This document shows, piece after piece, positions 9,905 to 18,793 of a DNA stretch of 64,000 nt (within the stretch, counting starts at the first letter, position 1; each line of letters opens with the position of its first letter). The translations under genes and the position numbers were made by a program. The notes beneath the pieces were generated by a model. That model did not search any database. It saw only the letters and a list, made by a program, of their open reading frames with translations, and was not told the DNA's origin. Source of the stretch: a virus (taxonomy: Duplodnaviria > Heunggongvirae > Uroviricota > Caudoviricetes); IMG/VR virus record IMGVR_UViG_3300032053_000009, positions 82,630 through 146,629 of that record. The stretch is one strand, 5' to 3'.

Positions 9905-10119
9905 TATTCCTCCACCCCTTTTGAAGAGACTTCTTTGCCACACTTCGGACACTTCATGCCGTTGATGCTCAGCATCATGTCTCCATCTGCACTTTCGACA
10001 ACGCTGTGCGAGATCCGCCCAATCCTGCCTCCGCACTCGCAGATGATGTTCTGTGCGTCGTCAAGAATATACTGACACTGCTCAATCGGTTCTGGCGATC
10101 CCTGTCTTACGAAGCTCAT
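9904..10119 (-). CDS. zinc-ribbon protein, 71 aa
   Basis: The protein has CEC near the N-terminus and CPKC later. Its stop and the start of the next gene form a TAATG overlap. Confidence 0.45.
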   Translation of the reverse strand: MSFVRQGSPEPIEQCQYILDDAQNIICECGGRIGRISHSVVESADGDMMLSINGMKCPKCGKEVSSKGVEE

Positions 10120-10498
10120 GTTTGGCCGCTATCCTCTCTAAGAACTCTTTTTCGTTTTCTGTCTTAGCTTTGTGCCACTTCCAAAACTCGTTGCACGCTT
10201 GATCACGAATCGTGCCGTCCATCCGCATCTCGGCTCGCTTCATCAACCCCATCAAAAACCACATCGGATCTTTGAAATATTCCTTGCCAGCCCGCATCTT
10301 AGCGAGACCGTGATCCGGTCGGTCGTCGCCAAACAAAGCATCAGAGACGTGGTGAAGAAATAGGTTCAGCGCCGGAACGAACCCTCTCGGTATTCGCAGC
10401 GTCACCTTTTCGTTGCACAGTTGACGCATGGCTCGCTTCAGTTCGCCCTGACTCTTTGTCGATTTCGTCAAAGATCTCTTTTCTTTTTTCTTGGACAT
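10082..10498 (-). CDS. hypothetical basic protein, 138 aa
   Basis: The composition looks protein-like throughout. It overlaps ORF 10341-10679 by 158 nt in a different frame. Confidence 0.4.
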   Translation of the reverse strand: MSKKKEKRSLTKSTKSQGELKRAMRQLCNEKVTLRIPRGFVPALNLFLHHVSDALFGDDRPDHGLAKMRAGKEYFKDPMWFLMGLMKRAEMRMDGTIRDQACNEFWKWHKAKTENEKEFLERIAAKHELRKTGIARTD

Positions 10499-10679
10499 AT
10501 TCAGTCATCTGCCTTCCCAGTTTTTTGATTCCTTGCGAAACGCCCTGCACTTCAAAATAAAATCCTGTTCCTGACTCGCCGATGAGAACGTGATTCAACT
10601 GCATCAACGCTCGATCAAGCTGCGCCAGATAATGTCCGGCATCGTTCTCGAACGCCTGCAAATCTTCAAGCTGGCTCAT
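10341..10679 (-). CDS. hypothetical protein, 112 aa
   Basis: Its start overlaps the portal stop as ATGA. Only the first 75 aa look protein-like. The C-terminal tail is low in complexity. Confidence 0.4.
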   Translation of the reverse strand: MSQLEDLQAFENDAGHYLAQLDRALMQLNHVLIGESGTGFYFEVQGVSQGIKKLGRQMTEYVQEKRKEIFDEIDKESGRTEASHASTVQRKGDAANTERVRSGAEPISSPRL

Positions 10680-12568
10680 AGCGGCGCCGTTTCTCCACCT
10701 GGCGCCACAGGCAGCTTCTCCGACTCTTCAGGCGCTTCCCCGACCCCTGGGGCGCCCCCTGGCTTGCCTGGTTCAGGTCCACCGCCTGGCGGAGGAGGCA
10801 GCTCGCCAACTCCCATTGGTCCACCTGGCTCGCCCGCTGGCGTCAAATCAGACAAAGGCTTCGGTCGCTTGATCGGCTTCTCTTTGTCGGCGCCCTCTTG
10901 CATCTTCTCTTTCGTGGCTAAATCTTGCAGGATGTCTTTGATCTTATCGCCACGAAGGAACCGATCTCGAAGCTCTTTATTGTCCTCGTTCTCAAGATAT
11001 TTCTTCTTCAGCTCTTGCCAGTCTTTGTCGAGGTACGTCGCTTCCTCGGTCTCAAATTGCTTCGTGACTGTCTTGGCGCTGAAACCAAACACGTCGTTGA
11101 TGACCTCTTGAGGTATGCGCCCGTCATTCCGCATCCTGATCAACATCTCTTGCTCGGTCGTGTTGTTGAGCAAGTTCAGCTTCTGCCAAATGAAGTTCGG
11201 CAGGAAATAGCGGTCGTCCGGCACCACGCCTTTGCTGAGCACTTTCACTTTATGCGCTACTTCAGCGGGCGTCGGCTTGTACAGCTTCTGCTCCCGTGCG
11301 ATGGGAAGGAAAATCTTGTACTTGAAGATCTTTTCTATGGCAGCCCGATCCGTAATGTAGCGATGGAACAGCATTTTCAGGTTCACGGTCTGACCTGCGT
11401 ATGACGGCGCCTCGCCGCCAAGCAGAGCTTCGTTGGAAAACAGACCGATCATGATCCGCTTCCCCACCCAGTCAAACCACGGAATCAAGTTTTCAATCTT
11501 GTCCTTCGTGCCCACGTAATCAACCTGGATGCCGAAGTGATAGATGATGTTGTAATCGGGATCGTTCGCTGCCGAGACAAGGAGCTGCTTAAACTTGTCA
11601 AAATGTTTCTTCGATGGAATCCAGCCCTTGGCTTCAGAGCCGAGTTTGAAAATCTTGATTGGGAACATATGGCGGTCAACGAACGTGTACTGAAGGTAAC
11701 GCAACTTATCCTCGAACAGAAGATCCTTCAGCACTCTCTTCACCAGCGATAAGCCACGCAGCGTGTACTTTGATGTCCTGTTGGCGAAATGAATAACTCG
11801 GTTGGCGTCAAGCATATGCGGCTTGCCGTGACCCATTGACTCCACGAACTGCTTGGGCATGAGCGCTACAATGGCACGATCCACGGGATCGTTGGAGCCG
11901 ACAATCTTTTGGATCTCAGGATCAGGAAGAAGAAAGTAAGCGGCAGAGTTGGAAACGTAAGTCCGTTTGATGTCAATGTATTCAGGCGGATATTGATTCC
12001 ATTCCTGCCACTCAAAATTGGTTTTATCCCAGACGCCATACCAAATGGATTCGCCCAAGAGATATTTGTCCCGCAACATCCACTGAGCCATTTGAAGCAT
12101 ATCCAGCTTTTCTTTGACGTAATTGAAATAGGTTTTGACACTGGGATCTTCCACCTGAAGCTCGAAATCCGAGAGAGGAAAGGTGCTGTGGATGTCAATG
12201 ACGGAGCCGACGTAAGGCTGAAATTTGTAATAGTGGCGGAGACGTTTGTTGACTTCTTTTAGGTTGTCTTCAGGGAAGAGAAGGAGAACTGTGTCCCAGA
12301 GTGGATCGACGTACAGCAGTGGCGTTCTAATCGTATCCTGCGAACTGGATTGGAATAGTTGCTGGAAGTCAGCCTGGCGCTTGAAGCCTTGACTGGTTCC
12401 AAGCTGGCCGCTACCTGTGCGTGTCCCCGTTCCATCGGCCTTAGCCATCTCTTTCAAAGCGTCGGACGCCGATTCCAACAACTCTTCTTGAGCGGCAGAC
12501 CGATGGAACGGAGCACTAAAGCCCATGCCATCAAACTCGTCTGGATGCTGACCGTTACTTTTGGCCAT
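10676..12568 (-). CDS. putative portal protein, 630 aa
   Basis: The size and acidic, aromatic-rich composition fit a portal. It has a C-terminal Gly/Pro-rich tail. It is the first large gene of the head block, followed by protease/scaffold and capsid genes. Confidence 0.5.
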   Translation of the reverse strand: MAKSNGQHPDEFDGMGFSAPFHRSAAQEELLESASDALKEMAKADGTGTRTGSGQLGTSQGFKRQADFQQLFQSSSQDTIRTPLLYVDPLWDTVLLLFPEDNLKEVNKRLRHYYKFQPYVGSVIDIHSTFPLSDFELQVEDPSVKTYFNYVKEKLDMLQMAQWMLRDKYLLGESIWYGVWDKTNFEWQEWNQYPPEYIDIKRTYVSNSAAYFLLPDPEIQKIVGSNDPVDRAIVALMPKQFVESMGHGKPHMLDANRVIHFANRTSKYTLRGLSLVKRVLKDLLFEDKLRYLQYTFVDRHMFPIKIFKLGSEAKGWIPSKKHFDKFKQLLVSAANDPDYNIIYHFGIQVDYVGTKDKIENLIPWFDWVGKRIMIGLFSNEALLGGEAPSYAGQTVNLKMLFHRYITDRAAIEKIFKYKIFLPIAREQKLYKPTPAEVAHKVKVLSKGVVPDDRYFLPNFIWQKLNLLNNTTEQEMLIRMRNDGRIPQEVINDVFGFSAKTVTKQFETEEATYLDKDWQELKKKYLENEDNKELRDRFLRGDKIKDILQDLATKEKMQEGADKEKPIKRPKPLSDLTPAGEPGGPMGVGELPPPPGGGPEPGKPGGAPGVGEAPEESEKLPVAPGGETAPL

Positions 12569-12932
12569 TAAATACCCCTGCGTCTTGAAGTTCTGTCACT
12601 TGTGCAGCTCTCTTCGTCAACAGCGCCGCCACGCAATCAATCAATCTTTTCTCCGCTGCGTTGCGCTGATCCCACACTGCCTGAAGCACATCTCGCTCGG
12701 ACGCATCGCCAATGCTCTCCATGTACTCGTATGGGATGACAGCACGAGCCGTCAATCCCGACTCCGACCGAGCTATGACAAGAAAGCACAGCTTCGGCAC
12801 GTCGTCATAAAGAGCGATCTTCCATCCTCTTGCCACGAGCTTGCTCAGTTCGTCCAACTGCTTCACAAGTTCTTGCACAGGCAATCGTGGCAAGTTCACA
12901 ACATCCACCATATAACGCTCACGGGTGTCCAT
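12555..12932 (-). CDS. hypothetical protein, 125 aa
   Basis: ORF directly upstream of the portal gene with a 14-nt overlap. Confidence 0.45.
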   Translation of the reverse strand: MDTRERYMVDVVNLPRLPVQELVKQLDELSKLVARGWKIALYDDVPKLCFLVIARSESGLTARAVIPYEYMESIGDASERDVLQAVWDQRNAAEKRLIDCVAALLTKRAAQVTELQDAGVFNGQK

Positions 12933-13426
12933 TATTGAAAGAGAACCAGGAACCCACCATACACGCCGTAGCGGTTAATATGCTCGGCGAAGTCACGCCC
13001 TGCCCATCCACCTGCGGTTAAATACTTCCAAAGCCCTTGATCGAGTCCTGCACTATTAACGGCTTTGGTCAGCGTCGCTGAATTGTTAATCAAAGTCCCG
13101 CCATGAAAGTTGATGCCAATAATAGGAATGGCGTTACCGTTCTGCGCCGCCTGATCGTCTATGGACTTCACCACACCACCATCAAGGCTGAGCATCCGAT
13201 ACCGATAGACCGCCGTGGTGCCGCCAGCCATAAGTGTGTGCTCTTTGAAGTCGTAGAACGTCGCCGGAGTCAGATTGTCCAAGAAGTGAAAGGAGCTGTT
13301 TGTCTTCACCTCTGTCCAAACCTTGTTCATGAAACTGTCTGCCGCCACCACCGTGCCTGTACTGGCTGCCCGAACAGGCAAAGCCAACACCGCCATCAAC
13401 GCTACTGCAATTAATATTCGTTTCAT
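12932..13426 (-). CDS. secreted protein with signal peptide, 164 aa
   Basis: The N-terminus (MKRILIAVALMAVLALPVRAAS) is a classic Sec signal peptide. Confidence 0.55.
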   Translation of the reverse strand: MKRILIAVALMAVLALPVRAASTGTVVAADSFMNKVWTEVKTNSSFHFLDNLTPATFYDFKEHTLMAGGTTAVYRYRMLSLDGGVVKSIDDQAAQNGNAIPIIGINFHGGTLINNSATLTKAVNSAGLDQGLWKYLTAGGWAGRDFAEHINRYGVYGGFLVLFQ

Positions 13427-13438
13427 TTTCAGTCCTCC

Positions 13439-13750
13439 CTAAGTAACGATTTCAAAACATTCTTTGTCTCTGCGAAAAATGAACTGCGTGCTGCATCGAA
13501 ATGTCTTTGTTCCTCTGCCTCGCCGTGGATCAAACAACGACCTCGAAACGTGCGACACCGACTTCTTCCCGAACGCCTGTTCTGCCGTCAACACAATGTC
13601 CCCGTAACACTTCGGACACGAGACGATGATCTCAGGCGCAAACGTGCCGTCTGGCTTGCGCATGGTTGCCCATGTGCCAGGCGGCATACTGTCTTTGCGC
13701 CATCCCAATATGCCTTGCGGCGCACGAGTAGCTGCAAAGACAGTGACCAT
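13439..13750 (-). CDS. hypothetical Cys-containing protein, 103 aa (start MVTVF)
   Basis: It forms a TAATG overlap with the stop of the upstream paralogue gene and contains a CPKC motif. Confidence 0.4.
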   Translation of the reverse strand: MVTVFAATRAPQGILGWRKDSMPPGTWATMRKPDGTFAPEIIVSCPKCYGDIVLTAEQAFGKKSVSHVSRSLFDPRRGRGTKTFRCSTQFIFRRDKECFEIVT

Positions 13751-14103
13751 TAAAGGAAGTTTCCGCCAGCGCCAGACTGTTCGGTGCCGATGGGAGCTTG
13801 TGTCGAACCAGAGTGCGGACGATTGTCTTGCTTGTCCAAAAGAGCAGGACCCCAAGAATTCATGCCACCAAACGCAGGAACTTTGACGCTCTTGGTTTGA
13901 TGAGTGATGACGCCAACACCCGTTGGTTCGCCAATGACTGCGCTCTCGTGAAGCGTGTCTCTGCTCACGGACACGTCTTTGATCGGCTTATCTTCTTGAA
14001 GCGGAGTCACCGGACCATCCTGAACAGCTTTGATGATCTGGTCATTGCTCGGTTGTTCCGCACGTGGCGGAATCGCCTTTCCTGTAAAATCAATAAACGT
14101 CAT
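13750..14103 (-). CDS. MTFIDFTGKAIP-family protein (paralogue 1), 117 aa
   Basis: It shares its start context (GGAGGCAATATCATG) and an N-terminal 12-mer with the gene at 14670-14993. Confidence 0.55.
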   Translation of the reverse strand: MTFIDFTGKAIPPRAEQPSNDQIIKAVQDGPVTPLQEDKPIKDVSVSRDTLHESAVIGEPTGVGVITHQTKSVKVPAFGGMNSWGPALLDKQDNRPHSGSTQAPIGTEQSGAGGNFL

Positions 14104-14118
14104 GATATTGCCTCCTTG

Positions 14119-14502
14119 TTATAATGTAACGCCCATCTGTATTTCGTTTTCATCTCCTGACGATGCTCGCAAAGACAGCTCATATTCTTCAGCCGTCATG
14201 TCTCGCATTTGTTCTTTTCGTCTTGCCCAGTAAGAATCACTGAGCAGAAAATCCTCCAACGCATCTTCAAGGCTCTTTTTCGCTTTCGTTACCTTGTCAC
14301 GGAACGCCGTGTCTCCAATGTGATCGAACCTGATCCGCTCCAAGATTCGATACGCTTCCGTGATGTCGCCCTTAACCACATGAGACCTGGCGTTTGCTAT
14401 CTTGATCTCTCGCACCGCCTGGTCGTACTGCCGCTGCAACTTCTCTTCGTGAGTCAACTCCATTGTCTTGGGTACTTCGGGTGTGGCTGACTTATCTTCC
14501 AT
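14119..14502 (-). CDS. hypothetical helical protein, 127 aa
   Basis: It has an AAAGGAGGA RBS and lies immediately downstream of the terminator hairpin. Confidence 0.5.
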   Translation of the reverse strand: MEDKSATPEVPKTMELTHEEKLQRQYDQAVREIKIANARSHVVKGDITEAYRILERIRFDHIGDTAFRDKVTKAKKSLEDALEDFLLSDSYWARRKEQMRDMTAEEYELSLRASSGDENEIQMGVTL

Positions 14503-14544
14503 AAGTCCTCCTTTTAGACATTCACTTCAAAATTGTCGTGCCAA

Positions 14545-14589
14545 TAAAAAAGGGCTGAACGCATAGCTTCTCAGCTATACATCCAGCCC
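14545..14589 (-). terminator. rho-independent terminator (minus strand)
   Basis: On the minus strand, GGGCTGGATGTATAGCTGAGAAGCTATGCGTTCAGCCC is followed by TTTTTTATT. The hairpin is nested and perfect. Confidence 0.6.
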
Positions 14590-14669
14590 TAAGAACTGGC
14601 ACGGCACGGTGGGATCTTAGGTCCCCAAAAGGTGATCAGCCCTTCCCGCTCTCCGACAAATATGTTTTG

Positions 14670-14993
14670 TTAAACGTCTTTGATAACTGCCAACGTCTTT
14701 TCAGCTTCGGGTGGTGTTAAAGAAATTCCTTTCACGTTGTTCACGCTGGTGCCGCTCTGCTCCACGCCAATGCTTTTAACAACGGTTGTGATAGATGGAT
14801 AGGGAGGCACCTGTCCGATGGTCGAGGCTTCATTAAGCGTCGCCACGGACTGCGTTTTTCTGTTGCCGAAATTGTCTGTCGCAGCCACGTTGGGCGCCAC
14901 GCCCTGCTTCTCGTAAGCCGGAATAAATGACGTGTCCAAGCTCCCCGCATCCACTTTGGGAATAGCACGCCCAGTGAAGTCAATAAAACTCAT
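14670..14993 (-). CDS. MSFIDFTGRAIP-family protein (paralogue 2), 107 aa
   Basis: It is homologous to the 13750-14103 gene along its length (IG.EQSG motifs) and has a GGAGGCAATATG start context. Confidence 0.55.
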   Translation of the reverse strand: MSFIDFTGRAIPKVDAGSLDTSFIPAYEKQGVAPNVAATDNFGNRKTQSVATLNEASTIGQVPPYPSITTVVKSIGVEQSGTSVNNVKGISLTPPEAEKTLAVIKDV

Positions 14994-15008
14994 ATTGCCT
15001 CCTAAGAA

Positions 15009-15242
15009 TCAGTAATCGTCAAGCGGTCGTTGCTGACACGTGATCCAGCGCCGTGTCTCAGATTCGGGAAACCCATGCTTAACAAAGAAGGACAAAAGTT
15101 CTTCCTCGCTCGCAAAAGGATTGCTTGCGATGACCGTTTTAACCCATATTCCATGTGTGTGCAGCAATTCGAGACCAGCCTTATTATCGGGCTTGTTCTC
15201 ATTGCCGTTCACCACCTGTACCCACATTTGCTTGCTCCTCAC
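15009..15242 (-). CDS. hypothetical protein, 77 aa
   Basis: Compact ORF tightly packed against its neighbours. Confidence 0.4.
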   Translation of the reverse strand: MRSKQMWVQVVNGNENKPDNKAGLELLHTHGIWVKTVIASNPFASEEELLSFFVKHGFPESETRRWITCQQRPLDDY

Positions 15243-15491
15243 TCTTATTCTTGTTCCATTCGGTCGTCATCTTCAGACTCCTGCTGGGCGCCATACGCCC
15301 GCCCTGCTTAAATCCTGCGTGCCTATTAACCCGCCTGAGAACGCCATCGCTGTCTCAAGCGGCGCCGCTGAAAATTGCAATTGCGTCGCCTCCGTTATAT
15401 GCAGGAAAGCGATGTCCGATATTGGTATCGGCGCAAACTCTTTTCCTGCTGGTCCTGGTCCAAAATTGATTCCAGAGTCATCGGGCATAAA

Positions 15492-15863
15492 TCAGTTCAC
15501 GAACGAAAACTCAAGCGTCCACTTTCCACCATACTCGCTAAGCGCCGTCGGCACCAGAGAATGACTCCATCTCGCATTTTCAAACTCTGCCTGCACGTTC
15601 GTTAAGTGGATCGTCTTCTCTTGATCCACGTATTCAAAATCGTCGTTGCCAAGATCTTTCTCGATCTGATACACCAGGGTAATGTCCTGGTCGGGCACGC
15701 TCACGTATGTGCTCTTGACGCCCCACTCCCGCATTTCCAGCTCAAGACTCCACCGGATCGAAATCGGCTGAATGGTCTCCATCTGCCGAAACTCGTCCGA
15801 GCCAAGATCAACCCGAATATCATCGGCAACAAACTCAGTCGCTTGCGCTGTCCTCACCCACAC
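15492..15863 (-). CDS. hypothetical protein, 123 aa
   Basis: ORF starting 3 nt after the resolvase gene. Confidence 0.5.
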   Translation of the reverse strand: MWVRTAQATEFVADDIRVDLGSDEFRQMETIQPISIRWSLELEMREWGVKSTYVSVPDQDITLVYQIEKDLGNDDFEYVDQEKTIHLTNVQAEFENARWSHSLVPTALSEYGGKWTLEFSFVN

Positions 15864-15865
15864 AA

Positions 15866-16420
15866 TCAGTTCTCCCTCAAATATCGAATTGCCTTTTCCA
15901 AGCGCTCAACGCTATCTCGAAAAAACCCCAAACCACCATTACACCCATCGCACAGCAATCCACGAACGTGTCCTGTCTTATGATCATGATCAACCGTCAA
16001 AGCTCTTTTCAATTCGGTTTGATGTTGTCCGCACACTCCACATTTACCGCCTTGAATCTGATACCTACGATCATATTCAAGAGGCGTAATGCCATATTGT
16101 CTCAACAATCGCACAGCCTTATCTTTGTGCTTATTCTTGGCATAATGAAGTCGAGCCTTTTCACAATTTTTTACAGGATCTTGATTCGCCACATCACGAC
16201 TTCTTTGTTTGATCACATCTTTGTTCTTTTGGTAATAGCGAGAATCAATCCTATACTGTCGCTCTGGGTTGTTCCGTTTCCAAAGCCGCACCAAATCCGC
16301 TTGACATAATTTACAGTTCTTCTGCAAACCATCTTTGCTTGTCACGCACTTAGAATATTCAGACAGAGGTTTTTCTGTCCCACACGTATTGCATATTTTA
16401 GCAACACACTCAATCATCAC
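15866..16420 (-). CDS. endonuclease VII-like (HNH-fold) junction resolvase, 184 aa
   Basis: The C-terminal motif CGVCGQ...LTVDHDHKTGHVRGLLCDGCNGGLG matches the T4 gp49/EndoVII family. An N-terminal CxxC zinc module is also present. Confidence 0.7.
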   Translation of the reverse strand: MMIECVAKICNTCGTEKPLSEYSKCVTSKDGLQKNCKLCQADLVRLWKRNNPERQYRIDSRYYQKNKDVIKQRSRDVANQDPVKNCEKARLHYAKNKHKDKAVRLLRQYGITPLEYDRRYQIQGGKCGVCGQHQTELKRALTVDHDHKTGHVRGLLCDGCNGGLGFFRDSVERLEKAIRYLREN

Positions 16421-17172
16421 GACTCCCGAAAATAAACGATTCCACCATCGGTCGTGCTGTACTCGCCGTCGTAATGGCTCAGGAAGTGCGGCCAGCCATC
16501 GGTATCCACAGCGTCCTCGGCGGCGGCGTCAATGTCAATCAAATTGTTTTCCATGATGAGCTTCTTCGCTTCTTCTTCGCCGAAGTTGCTTTCGTAATGG
16601 TCGTACCCGCCTCGACCTTCACTGATCTGATCCTCGGTCATCTTCTCCACGAACTCATCAATGTGATCTTGCGGCTCAAAGCCTTCTACGAGAGCGTCAT
16701 CTTTATCCACGATGCCACGCTCCACCAACTCGTCTGCAAGACGGCTGGACAACCCTTCATGAGATGGCTCGCTGTCGATGTCCGTAGCGTAGCTCTGATT
16801 CCACTCATTGTAAACCTCAGTGAAAAAATCACGAGCCTTGCCTTCATCAATCTGCGAGTTCAACCATTCCTGATTAAATATGGTCGGCTCATTTTCAAGA
16901 TCGTCATGCGTCTGTTCCACTGCCGCAGCGTGCGCCTCGTCCTCTCCCCAGAAAAATCTGTACTCAACGCCATCCGCTTTGAATGAGCCGCCCTTGTCAT
17001 CACTCTTAAAATCCTCAACACCTTCGGGTTCCACTGAGCACGCCTTTGCAAGATCAGCTATTGCAGCCTCGTCGTCCATCGACGCCTGCTTCGCCAGCTC
17101 ATCTACAGCAGCCTGCGCATCCATTCCTCTTCGAGCGAACTCTTCAAGCTGTTTAAGCCTGTCCATAATCAA
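16417..17172 (-). CDS. highly acidic protein, 251 aa (DNA-mimic/internal protein candidate)
   Basis: About 30% of residues are Asp or Glu, and no enzymatic motifs are visible. Confidence 0.5.
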   Translation of the reverse strand: MIMDRLKQLEEFARRGMDAQAAVDELAKQASMDDEAAIADLAKACSVEPEGVEDFKSDDKGGSFKADGVEYRFFWGEDEAHAAAVEQTHDDLENEPTIFNQEWLNSQIDEGKARDFFTEVYNEWNQSYATDIDSEPSHEGLSSRLADELVERGIVDKDDALVEGFEPQDHIDEFVEKMTEDQISEGRGGYDHYESNFGEEEAKKLIMENNLIDIDAAAEDAVDTDGWPHFLSHYDGEYSTTDGGIVYFRES

Positions 17173-17390
17173 CCCTTGTACTGTTCCAAGTTATCGAGCC
17201 AGGCTCGATACGAATCGTCAAGCAAATCATTCAAGTCACTCAACGCCGTGGAATCTTTCAGAATCGCTTTCGCTTCCTCTTCAGAGATTCCTCGTGAAAG
17301 GATGTCTTCAATCATGACCTTGAAACCAATGTCAATGTCGTTCAGTTGTTCGGGCGCTGCTGGCGCTTCATCAGCGGTTTTCGTCCACAT
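17169..17390 (-). CDS. small acidic protein, 73 aa
   Basis: Acidic and helical, with an ATGA overlap to its neighbour. Confidence 0.45.
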   Translation of the reverse strand: MWTKTADEAPAAPEQLNDIDIGFKVMIEDILSRGISEEEAKAILKDSTALSDLNDLLDDSYRAWLDNLEQYKG

Positions 17391-18793
17391 TATAATTCAC
17401 CCAAAGCGGTCTCATGGCTTTGCTGCCGCTCCCTATAGAAGAATTTTGCTAAGCCTTCTTCCGTCAACGCATAAATCTTTTCGTCGTCGCCCTTGAACGT
17501 GTCGTCATAAACAACCTCGCCATCGGCGATCACAAACACAAGCAAAGCTGCTTTCGTGTTGATCTCTTCCGGCAACGTGTTGTCGATCATGTCCACGATA
17601 ACGGACAGAAGCGCATTGCTGGCGAAGAACTGTTCGATGTCTTGCCCAGGCACCTGGATCTCGTTCTCAAGTTTCTCCGAGAGTTCTCGCCCGTGATATT
17701 TGAAAGAGCTGACCCGCATGGTGAAATTCCGAAGCACGGAATTCTTTTGCTTGATGTACTCAAGCACTTTACCAACATTGTCTGTGGCTGCTTTATCCAG
17801 ATCCACTTCATCCCGCTCGCTGTCAAAATATTCCGCTGGCGTTATCTGCCGTTTCTCGGATTCAAACGGCTGCTTCTTCATTTCCGTTTCAGCGTCCATG
17901 AGCTTTTCAGCCATGCCGACTTCCATTGACTTCTGCTGGCTGTCTTGCGGCGGCGCATCCGTGGGCACGCCCTCTGCGGGCGCCAACGCTTTCCTGATCC
18001 ATTCCGCTTCTTCAGCGGTGATGTGCTTGAACTCAAGAGCGCCTTCAAGCATGATCTTGATGTCTTTCTCAGTCGTACCGTTCATGCTGAGCTGGTGATA
18101 AAGTCCGGCGGCACGCTCACCCAAGTTCGCTTGATCGCCTGCTTGAAGAAGGATGCTTGGATTTGAATCTATCGTAGACAGCTCAGGTCCTTCATCCTTA
18201 AATTCTTTCATGACATCTTTCGTGAGCGGCTGATCAAAGAGATTGGCTTCTTTGACGTGCTCCTTAAGACCGTCAATGGCATGATCGCTGGTGATGTACA
18301 TCTCCACCACGTCACGCTGAATGTCACCCTTTTGCCCGAAGAGAGCGAAGCCCCAGTTGTAAGGGTTGATGAAATAATAATCGTAGGTCTTGTCCTTCGC
18401 TTGTCCCCAGCCCATTGAGATGCCAGGGATCGACGCTGGCGTGGCTAAGAACTTTGCGGGGTTCAACAAATCATAAGGATGAATGCCAGTGAGATGCTTG
18501 AAAGCCCTTGTGATCTCGTCCCGCTGATACCCAAGGCTGATGAGATAGCCTTCCATGAACTTGTAAGAAAAACGTCCTTCGTTGATCATCCGTTTCAGAT
18601 TTCTTTCAAGCTCAACTCTCTCAGGGCGGGTGTTGGTTCCGGCATAAAAAACGTCAGCATACTGATGACTTATGTTCCAGTCACGTGCTGACGCTTTTTG
18701 TTTGATCGCCTTTTGTTTTTCCAAATTGTTAAGAACGGGGTCGAACTCGCCCCCCTCAAAATCTACTTTCTCGGTCTCAAGCCAGTTTTCCAT
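17390..18793 (-). CDS. hypothetical protein, 467 aa
   Basis: It has a TAGGAGG RBS and is the first gene after the plus-strand HNH and a 290-nt non-coding gap. Confidence 0.6.
   Translation of the reverse strand: MENWLETEKVDFEGGEFDPVLNNLEKQKAIKQKASARDWNISHQYADVFYAGTNTRPERVELERNLKRMINEGRFSYKFMEGYLISLGYQRDEITRAFKHLTGIHPYDLLNPAKFLATPASIPGISMGWGQAKDKTYDYYFINPYNWGFALFGQKGDIQRDVVEMYITSDHAIDGLKEHVKEANLFDQPLTKDVMKEFKDEGPELSTIDSNPSILLQAGDQANLGERAAGLYHQLSMNGTTEKDIKIMLEGALEFKHITAEEAEWIRKALAPAEGVPTDAPPQDSQQKSMEVGMAEKLMDAETEMKKQPFESEKRQITPAEYFDSERDEVDLDKAATDNVGKVLEYIKQKNSVLRNFTMRVSSFKYHGRELSEKLENEIQVPGQDIEQFFASNALLSVIVDMIDNTLPEEINTKAALLVFVIADGEVVYDDTFKGDDEKIYALTEEGLAKFFYRERQQSHETALGEL

Noticed and set aside
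14590-14669. A second TGGCAC motif as a possible sigma-54 promoter
   Set aside because: It lies on the non-coding (plus) strand relative to all nearby genes and lacks the -12 GC element.
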